DNA of 64,000 bases from Oscillospiraceae bacterium (GTDB lineage Bacteria > Bacillota > Clostridia > Oscillospirales > Ruminococcaceae). The DNA lies in the NCBI GenBank assembly GCA_045531575.1, contig JAZSEG010000316.1:207-64206 (forward strand), in the 5' to 3' direction. Shown here piece by piece: positions 9,420 to 18,069 of this stretch. The position numbers and the translations under genes are program-made. The notes under the pieces were generated by a model. That model saw only the letters and a program-made list of their open reading frames with translations. It was not told the origin of the DNA and did not search any database. Position 1 is the first letter of the stretch. Each line of letters opens with the position of its first letter.

Positions 9420-9452
9420 AAAACGGCGGATGTTTATTCATCCGCCGTTTTT
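9420..9452 (+). terminator. Terminator after the ferredoxin gene
   Basis: AAAACGGCGGATG...CATCCGCCGTTTT. Confidence 0.75.
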
Positions 9453-9514
9453 ATTTTTACGCGTAAAACATCCCCGAACAATGAGCACGGGGATGTTTGC
9501 TTTTATTTATCAGA

Positions 9515-11872
9515 TCAAGCCTTCTTCATCTTGCGGCTATTCCACCAGATCCAGATGGGACCTGCAAGGCATATGGAGGAATAGAAACCGATAACGATAC
9601 CCACTGCCAGAGGCATGGAGAAGGACAGGATGTTTGTAACGCCCATCAGCACACAGATCACAGAGGTTGCGATCATAGAGGACAGTGTGGTAGCAGATGT
9701 GATGATAGAACGTGTCATTGTCTGGTTGATACTCAGGTTTACAAGCTCAGCATCAGTGAACTTGCTTCCGTGTCTTGCACGGTTCTCACGCAGACGGTCG
9801 TAAATAATGATAGTGTTGTTGATGGAGTAACCCAGCAGCGTCAGGACTACCGCCATGAAGTTGGAGTCCAGAGGCATACCGCAGAACAGGTATACCGCAT
9901 AGGTGATGATGCAGTCGTGTAGCAGACAGCAGATCGCAATAACACCTGCAGACCAACCGCCGATCTTCTTGAATCGGAATGCGATATAAATAACCAGCAG
10001 CACGAATGCCACAACAACTGCGATCAGACAGGATACGAAGAACGCTGAACCCGAAGATGCACTTACGTTTGTGGTATCCACATTCTCAATGTTATTATCG
10101 GGATAAGCTGCAATAATTGTATCGGAAACGCTGGAAAGCATCTCATCGTCCATCTTCTCGTCAGCAACGAAGGAGATAACGATAGTCTTAAGATCACCTG
10201 TGAAGCTTGTACCTGTAGTAACTGTAGGTGTAGGAGTGCCAAGAGCCTTTACGGTAGCCGCAACATCCTCGGTATCGATCTCACCGCTGTAGCTGTAAGT
10301 TACCATCGTACCACCCTTGAAACGGATATCCACTTCAGGAACGATAATGAATGTGCAGATAGCAGTGATAGCGATAAGAGCTGCGGAAACGAGCGCAAAT
10401 ACCTTTGTATGCTTTACCCAGTCAACCTTCAGCTTGGAGCCGATGTCGATAGCCTCAACTGTTGTCTTGCCCTCTTCAGCGGAACGAACCGCATCTGCGC
10501 TGCTGCTGCCGCCATACAGCCAGGGCTTTCTGAAGCATCTGAACTTGGAGAGGGAAGTGGTCATCAGTCTTGTTGCCCAGCAACCCATGATGAAGTTCAT
10601 GATAACGCCTGCGATAAGGGTAAAACCGAAGGAGTAAATGGTACCCTCAGTGGAAGCACCAAACCATGTACCAAACACCGCCATCAGGATAACAGCAACG
10701 ATAACGATAGTCAGGTTACTATCAAGGATAGCAGCAAAACCACGCTGGAAACCGTTCTTGATAGCACCATCAATGGTTCTGCCCGCCTTCAGCTCTTCTC
10801 TGATACGCTCTGCGGAAATAACGTTAGCGTCAACACCCATACCGATAGAAAGGATGATACCTGCGATACCGGGCAGTGTGAGAGAGGATGCATCGTTAAA
10901 TGCGAAGTAGCCTGTTACAGCCGCAAACATACCGCCGACCTGACCGATAAGTGCGATAACCGCAACCAGACCGGGCAGACGATAATAGAAGATCATAAAA
11001 ACAGCAATAAGGCCAAATGCGATAACACCTGCAATAGCCATTGCATCACGAGCGCCTGTACCAAGGATAGGAGAAATGGTGGACAGATTCTGGATGTCCA
11101 GCTTGAAGGGGAGCGAACCACCGTTGATCTTATTTGCGAGATCCTGCGCAGGCTCAAACTCGGAATAATCAGGGGAAGTAATAATAGCATGGCCGCCTGT
11201 GATCTTCTGGCTTACGTTAGGAGAGCTGATACAGATATCATCCATCCAGATGGAGATCTGCTCACCGACCAGTCTGCCTGTAGCGTCAGCAAAAGCCTGT
11301 CCGCCGAATTCGGTAAGGTCAAGAGCAACAACGTACTGGTTTGTATCCTGATCGTAGTTTACATAAGCACGATCAACATCCTTACCCTCAAGAATAATGG
11401 TTTCTGTCATTCCGGTAGGGAGACCATTATCATCCAGCTCACAGCCCTCACGGAATGTGAGCATCGCTGTTTCGCCGATCTCCTTTACGGCAGCCTCGGG
11501 ATCGAAGCTTGTGTCATCAGCCTGCCAAGGGAACTGTACGATAATGCCGTTAGAAGTAGGATCAACGTAGACCTCGTAGTCGTTGATGCTGTTGTCAACA
11601 AGTCTGGTCTCAATGATGGACTTCGCCGCATTGAGATCATCCTCGGTGATCTCGTTCACCGCAGCGTAATCTTCGGGAACGCCGAAGGTAACATTAACAC
11701 CGCCACGGATATCGATTCCCCATCTGATATCGTCTATACCCCAGATGTAGTGAGTTTCAGTATCACCATAACGGGTGCTTACACCCATCATGGAAGTCAC
11801 TGTAAACGCTGCGATAAGGAGAAAGACAATAAAGAAAACGGGTTTTGTAATTCTGCTTTTCAATGTTTTCAC
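9515..11872 (-). CDS. secDF: Protein translocase subunit SecDF (fused)
   Basis: GIDIRGG, LTLPGIAGIILSIGMGVDANV..ERIREE, DIRFKGGT and GYSINNTIIIYDRLRE motifs. TTGACT-N17-TATAAT promoter at 11969-11997. Confidence 0.95.
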   Translation of the reverse strand: MKTLKSRITKPVFFIVFLLIAAFTVTSMMGVSTRYGDTETHYIWGIDDIRWGIDIRGGVNVTFGVPEDYAAVNEITEDDLNAAKSIIETRLVDNSINDYEVYVDPTSNGIIVQFPWQADDTSFDPEAAVKEIGETAMLTFREGCELDDNGLPTGMTETIILEGKDVDRAYVNYDQDTNQYVVALDLTEFGGQAFADATGRLVGEQISIWMDDICISSPNVSQKITGGHAIITSPDYSEFEPAQDLANKINGGSLPFKLDIQNLSTISPILGTGARDAMAIAGVIAFGLIAVFMIFYYRLPGLVAVIALIGQVGGMFAAVTGYFAFNDASSLTLPGIAGIILSIGMGVDANVISAERIREELKAGRTIDGAIKNGFQRGFAAILDSNLTIVIVAVILMAVFGTWFGASTEGTIYSFGFTLIAGVIMNFIMGCWATRLMTTSLSKFRCFRKPWLYGGSSSADAVRSAEEGKTTVEAIDIGSKLKVDWVKHTKVFALVSAALIAITAICTFIIVPEVDIRFKGGTMVTYSYSGEIDTEDVAATVKALGTPTPTVTTGTSFTGDLKTIVISFVADEKMDDEMLSSVSDTIIAAYPDNNIENVDTTNVSASSGSAFFVSCLIAVVVAFVLLVIYIAFRFKKIGGWSAGVIAICCLLHDCIITYAVYLFCGMPLDSNFMAVVLTLLGYSINNTIIIYDRLRENRARHGSKFTDAELVNLSINQTMTRSIITSATTLSSMIATSVICVLMGVTNILSFSMPLAVGIVIGFYSSICLAGPIWIWWNSRKMKKA

Positions 11873-12101
11873 TCCGTTTCAAAATTGTTGGCGGGACACC
11901 CGCCGATTATTGGGACGAGCTCTTATTCCTCAAAAAGGCGATAAAATCTCAGTCTATACCAATTATTTATTATAATATATTATTGCAAATTAGTCAATAG
12001 CCAAAACACCAGCAAAAGGATTTTTTCGCAAAAAGCGCATTGTTTTTGCTGATTCACAGTAAACAGCGCCGTGTATGATATCACACACGGCGCTGCACAT
12101 A

Positions 12102-12635
12102 TTATGCTTTTTTCATACTGATGACCGCATCCAGCGGATCAAATCGACGCATGACATCATCGATATCCTGATCTGATGCGTTATTTTTCAGCAGCTGCGG
12201 CACATTCTCTGCGATATCCTTTGCCATTGCAATGCCGTAACCCGTTAATTCTCTGACCTCTTTTATGACCTGCATCTTATTTGCCTGAGGATAAGAGTCA
12301 AGATAGAGGAGCGTGCCTTTCAGTTCATTTACAGCTGTGCCGAACCGTATATCTGTCCACTCTCCGTTTGCTGTCTTCATCGTAAGAAAACCGTCTGTCA
12401 TCAGGTTATTGAAAAACATTCCCCGATACACCCTGCCGTCAGCATAATAATATTTTCCATAGCCGCACATTTTGTCTGCAAGCCAGCTGCCCTCATACCG
12501 ATCGCCATTAGGGTATATCAGAACTCCTCGACCTTCTTTTACACCGTTTACAAGTTCTCCTTCATAGTGACCTTGTGCCATGGCGGCAGCGTCTTTTTTC
12601 CTGAAAAGCTTACCTATCTTATCAAAAAACGACAT
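12102..12635 (-). CDS. MORN-repeat protein with a C-terminal ribosomal L7/L12-CTD-like domain
   Basis: Start reassigned to ATG 12635 (AAGGAG RBS; TTGACG-N18-TAGAAT promoter at 12674-12703). About three YEG...G.G...Y.NG repeats, then NKMQVIKEVRELTGYGIAMAKDIAE. Confidence 0.75.
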   Translation of the reverse strand: MSFFDKIGKLFRKKDAAAMAQGHYEGELVNGVKEGRGVLIYPNGDRYEGSWLADKMCGYGKYYYADGRVYRGMFFNNLMTDGFLTMKTANGEWTDIRFGTAVNELKGTLLYLDSYPQANKMQVIKEVRELTGYGIAMAKDIAENVPQLLKNNASDQDIDDVMRRFDPLDAVISMKKA

Positions 12636-12750
12636 AATAATATTCTCCTTTATGTATTTGTTGCTCGTAGAATATTCTATCACACATTCACCCAAAACGT
12701 CAATATGCTTCCAGAAAGGCACGAAATGCATGGTATTATGCGGTTTTCGC

Positions 12751-12779
12751 TTGACAATTATATTAAATAGTAGTACAAT
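12751..12779 (+). promoter_or_regulatory. sigmaA promoter of the thrS leader
   Basis: TTGACA-N17-TACAAT. Confidence 0.8.
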
Positions 12780-12788
12780 ATAGAGTAA

Positions 12789-13031
12789 TACCGCAAAAAT
12801 CGGCGGCAAGAACAGTGCTGCTGCGGCATACCTGTATGTATGCGAGCCGCTCCCGACGAGCCATATCCGTACAGCGGTAAATAAATACCACCTTTTCGGC
12901 ATAAGCACAAAACTTTGTTATCTGCCTTTTTCGTCAAGAAGTGCGCAGATTCAAGGAAAGCATGCCGACAGCGTACTTTGTGTACGCCGAGGCATGCTTG
13001 ACGCAAAAGATGCGTGCTTATTGACGAAAAA
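12789..13031 (+). ncRNA. Tandem long hairpins in the thrS leader (Clostridiales-1-like RNA motif)
   Basis: Hairpin 1 spans 12789-12879 and hairpin 2 spans 12927-13031; each has nested stems separated by internal loops. The family assignment is from memory of the motif. Confidence 0.5.
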
Positions 13032-13084
13032 ATTTTTTGAACGGCGGGGCATTTGTCTAGCCCTGTTAGGAAAGGATGTTCACA

Positions 13085-15025
13085 ATGATCAAAGTAACAC
13101 TGGCAAACGGCGAGGTAAAGGAATTCGAATCCGCACTTCTTGCATTCGATGTGGCAAGAGAGACAGGCGACGCTAAAACAGCATGCCTCGCAGAGATCAA
13201 CGGCACCGTATGCGACCTGCGTACTACCATCGACGCAGACTGCACAGTAAAGTTCCTCACCTTCGAGGATGAGCAGGGACAGCGCACATTCAACCACACT
13301 GCTTCCCACATTCTGGCACAGGCAGTTAAGCGCCTTTATCCCAACACCAAGCTCGCTATCGGTCCCGCAATCGACAATGGATTCTACTACGACTTCGATT
13401 TCGAGGAGCCTATCAATGCTGATGCTCTTCCCAAGATCGAGGCAGAGATGAAGAAGATCGTCAAGGGAGCTATCAGACTGGAACAGTTCACAATGGCTCC
13501 CGACGAGGCTATAAAGTATCTCGAGGAGCAGGGCGAGATCTACAAGGTAGAGCTGTGCAAGGAGCACGCTGACAAGGGTGAGCCCATCAGCTTCTTCAAG
13601 CAGGGTGATTTCACTGACCTTTGTGCAGGCCCCCACATGATGTCCACATCTCCCATCAAGGCATATAAGCTCACTTCTGTAACAGGTGCTTACTGGAGAG
13701 GCAGCGAAAAGAACAAGATGCTCACCAGAATCTACGGTACAGCATTCCCCTCCAAGGACGCACTGAACGCTCACCTCACAGCTATCGAGGAAGCAAAGAA
13801 GCGTGACCACAACAAGATCGGCCGTGAGCTGGAATACTTCACGACCGTTGACTGCATCGGTCAGGGTCTGCCGATCCTTCTGCCCAAGGGCGCAAAGGTT
13901 ATCCAGACACTGCAGAGATGGGTAGAGGATGAGGAATACAAGCGTGGCTATGTCCTCACCAAGACACCCTATATGGCTAAGCGTGAGCTTTACAAAATAA
14001 GCGGACACTGGGATCACTACCGCGATGGCATGTTCATTCTCGGCGATCCCGACGATGAGACAAAGGAGTGCTTCGCTCTCCGCCCCATGACATGTCCGTT
14101 CCAGTATCAGGTATTCCTGAACAGACAGCGTTCCTACCGTGACCTGCCCATGAGACTGGGCGAGACCTCCACATTGTTCCGTAACGAGGACAGCGGTGAG
14201 ATGCACGGCCTTATCAGAGTAAGACAGTTCACTATCTCCGAGGGTCATCTTATCCTCCGTCCCGAGCAGCTGGAAGAAGAGTTCAAGGGCTGTCTGGAGC
14301 TTGCTAAGTACTGCCTCGAAACAGTAGGCATGCTGGAGGACTGCACATTCCGCTTCTCTCAGTGGGATCCGGCAAACCCCAAGAACAAGTACGAGGGTAC
14401 TCCCGAGCAGTGGGAAACAGCTCAGGCTACTATGAAGAAGATCCTCGATAACCTCGGTGTTCAGTACACTGTTGGTATCGATGAGGCTGCCTTCTACGGG
14501 CCCAAGCTGGATATCCAGTACAAGAACGTATTCGGCAAGGAAGATTCAATCGTTACCATCCAGATCGATATGCTGCTGGCTGAGAAATTCGGCATGGAGT
14601 ATGTTGACGTGGACGGTGCCAAGAAGAATCCCTACATCATCCACCGCACATCCCTCGGCTGCTACGAAAGAACTCTCGCTTATCTGCTGGAGAAGTACGC
14701 AGGCGCGCTGCCCCTGTGGATGGCTCCCGAGCAGGTACGCATCCTTCCCATCACCGACAGAGCAAAGGAATATGCAGAAGGCATCTCCGCTAAGCTCGAA
14801 AATATGGGAATCCGCACATCTGTTGACAACAGAAACGAGAAGATCGGCTGGAAGATCAGACAGGCTCAGATCGAAAAGATCCCGTATTTCTTCATCGTCG
14901 GCGACAACGAGGTGGAGGGCAACACTGTGGCACTCCGCTCCCGCAAGGAAGGCGATCTCGGTGTATCTCCTCTGGACGATGTTATCGCAAGGATCATCAA
15001 GGAAAACGCAGAAAAAACACGCTGA
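13085..15025 (+). CDS. thrS: Threonine--tRNA ligase
   Basis: TGS domain, HTASH editing motif, DLCAGPH, RDHNKIG, RPMTCP, AFYGPKLD and IHR motifs; start at ATG 13085. Confidence 0.98.
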   Translation: MIKVTLANGEVKEFESALLAFDVARETGDAKTACLAEINGTVCDLRTTIDADCTVKFLTFEDEQGQRTFNHTASHILAQAVKRLYPNTKLAIGPAIDNGFYYDFDFEEPINADALPKIEAEMKKIVKGAIRLEQFTMAPDEAIKYLEEQGEIYKVELCKEHADKGEPISFFKQGDFTDLCAGPHMMSTSPIKAYKLTSVTGAYWRGSEKNKMLTRIYGTAFPSKDALNAHLTAIEEAKKRDHNKIGRELEYFTTVDCIGQGLPILLPKGAKVIQTLQRWVEDEEYKRGYVLTKTPYMAKRELYKISGHWDHYRDGMFILGDPDDETKECFALRPMTCPFQYQVFLNRQRSYRDLPMRLGETSTLFRNEDSGEMHGLIRVRQFTISEGHLILRPEQLEEEFKGCLELAKYCLETVGMLEDCTFRFSQWDPANPKNKYEGTPEQWETAQATMKKILDNLGVQYTVGIDEAAFYGPKLDIQYKNVFGKEDSIVTIQIDMLLAEKFGMEYVDVDGAKKNPYIIHRTSLGCYERTLAYLLEKYAGALPLWMAPEQVRILPITDRAKEYAEGISAKLENMGIRTSVDNRNEKIGWKIRQAQIEKIPYFFIVGDNEVEGNTVALRSRKEGDLGVSPLDDVIARIIKENAEKTR

Positions 15026-15055
15026 TATAATCCACTACAGAAAGGAAGATCAAAT

Positions 15056-15487
15056 ATGGCTAACCAGCTGACACAGGAAGAGATCAAGAACATCAACAAG
15101 GCTCTCGAGGAAAGGATAGCTGCCGCTGTTCAGGATAAGAACAAGTGGAAGGATGTGCTTCCCGATCTCATGGACGCTGAGGTATTTGTTATCGCACAGG
15201 TATCCGAAAGAACTGATGATAACGGCAACAAGCTGCTCAATATCCTCTCCATGAAAAACAACGAGGGTCAGCAGTGCATTCCCTTCTTCACATCCCCCTC
15301 TAAGATGTCTGTTCTCGCAACACCTGAGAGAAAGAGCTTCAACTGCATGAAGATGAAGACCACCAAGCTGTTTCAGGCAGTAAAGGGCAAGGCTGCATTC
15401 CTTAACCCCGGCACACACAATTGCTGCAAGCTGTTCACTCCTTTTGAGATGAATCTGCTTGTTATGGAAAACGCTGACAAGAAGTAA
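15056..15487 (+). CDS. SseB N-terminal-like domain protein
   Basis: IPFFTS followed by FLNPG is typical of the SseB family; strongly biased codons; 30 bp after thrS. Confidence 0.6.
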   Translation: MANQLTQEEIKNINKALEERIAAAVQDKNKWKDVLPDLMDAEVFVIAQVSERTDDNGNKLLNILSMKNNEGQQCIPFFTSPSKMSVLATPERKSFNCMKMKTTKLFQAVKGKAAFLNPGTHNCCKLFTPFEMNLLVMENADKK

Positions 15488-15535
15488 TCACAATTACACA
15501 AAAGAGCGCCCGATCATATTCGGGCGGGCAATTTT

Positions 15536-16645
15536 TTATCTGAGCTTATCGATTATTATATCCGCTACACGATAGAGCGGCGCCTGTACGCACACTGCGC
15601 CAAGCTTATACGCCTCCATCGGCATTCCGTATACAACGCAGGATTCCTTATCCTGGCCAACCGTAAACGCTCCGGCCTCTCGCATCTTCAGCAGACCTTC
15701 AGCGCCGTCTCTTCCCATTCCTGTGAGGATGGCACCGATGGCATTTTCCTTTGCGACCTCCGCAACACTGCTGAACATCACATCAACAGAAGGACAGTGT
15801 CCCGAGACCTTCTCTCCCTTTTTGGAAGAGATGTAATAGCCTTTTGCATCCTTGCACAAGCGAAGATGATGCTCTCCTGCACCGATGATGACGAGACCTG
15901 TGCGCAGGCGGTCTCCGTCCTCGGCTTCCTTTACTGTTACACGGCAGGATCTGTTCAGTCTTTCAGAATACATCTTCGTGAATCCCGCAGGCATGTGCTG
16001 CACCACGATAACAGGCGGCATATCCTCAGGGAAATTTCGGATGACCTGCTCCAGCGCCTCTGTACCACCGGTAGATGCACCCAACGCAATGACCATATCA
16101 GACTTCCGTATGCCTCCCGCAACCGGCGGTGGAGCATTTGTCACTTCTGCTTTCGTGATTGTATTTGAAGGTTTAACACCTTTATCTATCTTCATTTCAG
16201 GTATAGCCGAGCTTCTTACTCTGGTGCTTTCTCCCTTGGCAAGCCTCTGCAAACTATTTCTGGAATAGGCGCGTTTTATTGATCCGCACAATGTTTCTGC
16301 GAATTTCTGCATATCGGCGTTTGTTCTTGTCAGCGGTTTTGCAATAAATTCCGCCGCACCTGCGCCAACCGCCTCAGACTTGCGATCCTCACAAGAGGAA
16401 ACAACGATCGTCGGGATGCTGTTGGTGGGGTGCAGCTTTCTGAGGAAAGCTATGCCATCCATCTTCGGCATTTCAATATCCAGCGTCATTACATCGGGAT
16501 CATACTTCTGTATCATATCCCTTGCCGCATAAGCGTCACCTGCGGTGCCTACGACATCTATCTGTTCATCCTGGCGGATATAGCGTGCCAGAACCTCTCT
16601 GAACAGGATCGAATCGTCTACGACCAGCAGCTTGATTCTTCTCAT
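15536..16645 (-). CDS. cheB: Chemotaxis response regulator methylesterase
   Basis: N-terminal receiver domain (VVDDS, TLDIEMP); GASTGG, QHMP and TGMGRDG catalytic motifs. Confidence 0.97.
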   Translation of the reverse strand: MRRIKLLVVDDSILFREVLARYIRQDEQIDVVGTAGDAYAARDMIQKYDPDVMTLDIEMPKMDGIAFLRKLHPTNSIPTIVVSSCEDRKSEAVGAGAAEFIAKPLTRTNADMQKFAETLCGSIKRAYSRNSLQRLAKGESTRVRSSAIPEMKIDKGVKPSNTITKAEVTNAPPPVAGGIRKSDMVIALGASTGGTEALEQVIRNFPEDMPPVIVVQHMPAGFTKMYSERLNRSCRVTVKEAEDGDRLRTGLVIIGAGEHHLRLCKDAKGYYISSKKGEKVSGHCPSVDVMFSSVAEVAKENAIGAILTGMGRDGAEGLLKMREAGAFTVGQDKESCVVYGMPMEAYKLGAVCVQAPLYRVADIIIDKLR

Positions 16646-16731
16646 ATACTGCTCCTGTAATTACATAAATTTCGCCGCACATTCACTGCATAGACAGCTG
16701 TATGTGCGGCGGATGTTTTTCTGATATTGCC

Positions 16732-17550
16732 TTAAAGTGGCTTACGATAAACTGCAGGCTTGATATACTCGAATTTCGTTTCATTGCGGGAAATGCTCTC
16801 CGCATGACCGATATACAGATACCCGCCCGGCTTCAGCACGTCATAAAAACGGTTTACCAGTGCTGTTTTAGTGGGGAGATCAAAATAGATCATCACATTA
16901 CGGCAGAAGATAAGATCGAAAGGACGTGCCGCAAAGGTCTTGGGCATGGGATCCATCAGATTAAAGGGCTTAAAGATTATCTCGTCTTTTATCTTCTGGC
17001 AGATCTCGAATTTATCATCGCCCAGTTCCTTGAAATACTTCTTCTTCCATTCGGGGCTGAGACCTTTCATGCCCTCTGCATTATATATTCCAAGCTTCGC
17101 CTTGTCCATAACACTGTGTGAAATATCCGTTGCAAGGATCCTTGTGTCCCAGCGGGATTTCTCCTTGCCGAAATACTCATCTATCAGCATTGCGGTTGTA
17201 TAGCATTCCTCGCCCGAAGAACAGCCTGCACTCCAGATACGGAGCTCGTTGTTCTTCACCGTTTTGGTAAGGTAGGGAAGTATCACATCTTTCAGATATG
17301 TATAATGCTCAGGCTCTCGCATGAAGAAGGTGTGATTAGTTGTAAGCTTGTTGAGTATCGTAGTTACTTCCACGCCCGTTTTATCGGACATGACCGCATC
17401 CAGATATTCATTATAGCTCTTGAAGCCACGATCCTTCAGCATGTTTCCTAATCTGCCCTGAATAAGCACTCGCTTTGCAGAAAGATTAATGCCGTAATTA
17501 TCATGCATGAACGCAACCAGCCGTTCAAATTCGCGGTCGGTCAGCTCCAT
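16732..17550 (-). CDS. cheR: Chemotaxis methyltransferase
   Basis: TTNHTFFMRE, IWSAGCSSGEE and DLIFCRNVMIYF motifs. Confidence 0.97.
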   Translation of the reverse strand: MELTDREFERLVAFMHDNYGINLSAKRVLIQGRLGNMLKDRGFKSYNEYLDAVMSDKTGVEVTTILNKLTTNHTFFMREPEHYTYLKDVILPYLTKTVKNNELRIWSAGCSSGEECYTTAMLIDEYFGKEKSRWDTRILATDISHSVMDKAKLGIYNAEGMKGLSPEWKKKYFKELGDDKFEICQKIKDEIIFKPFNLMDPMPKTFAARPFDLIFCRNVMIYFDLPTKTALVNRFYDVLKPGGYLYIGHAESISRNETKFEYIKPAVYRKPL

Positions 17551-17553
17551 GTA

Positions 17554-18054
17554 TTACACCTCATCTCCTAAAAGCTTTTCCACGTCCAGTATCAGCTTCA
17601 CGATATCTTCGGAGCGGATCATATACTGGATAAAGGAATTTGTGTTTACATTGCGTGTCTCAGGTGTTGCAGAGATATCACCGGAATGGATATCCTCAAC
17701 ATCAGCTACTCTGTCAACGATGATGCCGACAGAATCATCCTCAACAGTAACGATGATGATGCAGGTTCTGCTGGTATAGGGGATCTCAGGCTTGCCGAAG
17801 CGTGTTCTGATATCAACGATCGGAACCACCTTGCTTCGTACATTGATGATACCCTTTATGTAAGAGGGAACATGAGGGATCTTTGTGATGTGCTGCATCT
17901 CAATGATCTCAAGCACGTTCTGGATCTCGATTCCGTAGATCTGATCGCCAATGTGGAAAGTCATTACCTTGCCGAGAATGCGGTTTTCGGCGGAGACTTT
18001 TTTATCGCTGGACTGCTGCTTCGCAACAGCCTCCTTGATTACATCATATGTCAT
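17554..18054 (-). CDS. cheW: Chemotaxis coupling protein
   Basis: IKGIINVRSKVVPIVD and VGIIVDRV motifs. Confidence 0.95.
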   Translation of the reverse strand: MTYDVIKEAVAKQQSSDKKVSAENRILGKVMTFHIGDQIYGIEIQNVLEIIEMQHITKIPHVPSYIKGIINVRSKVVPIVDIRTRFGKPEIPYTSRTCIIIVTVEDDSVGIIVDRVADVEDIHSGDISATPETRNVNTNSFIQYMIRSEDIVKLILDVEKLLGDEV

Positions 18055-18069
18055 GTCTGTTTCTCCTCC

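Noticed and set aside
12785-13075. T-box riboswitch or 6S RNA upstream of thrS
   Set aside because: No GGTGGNACC antiterminator or Stem I motifs on the plus strand, and each hairpin is too short for a typical 6S RNA.
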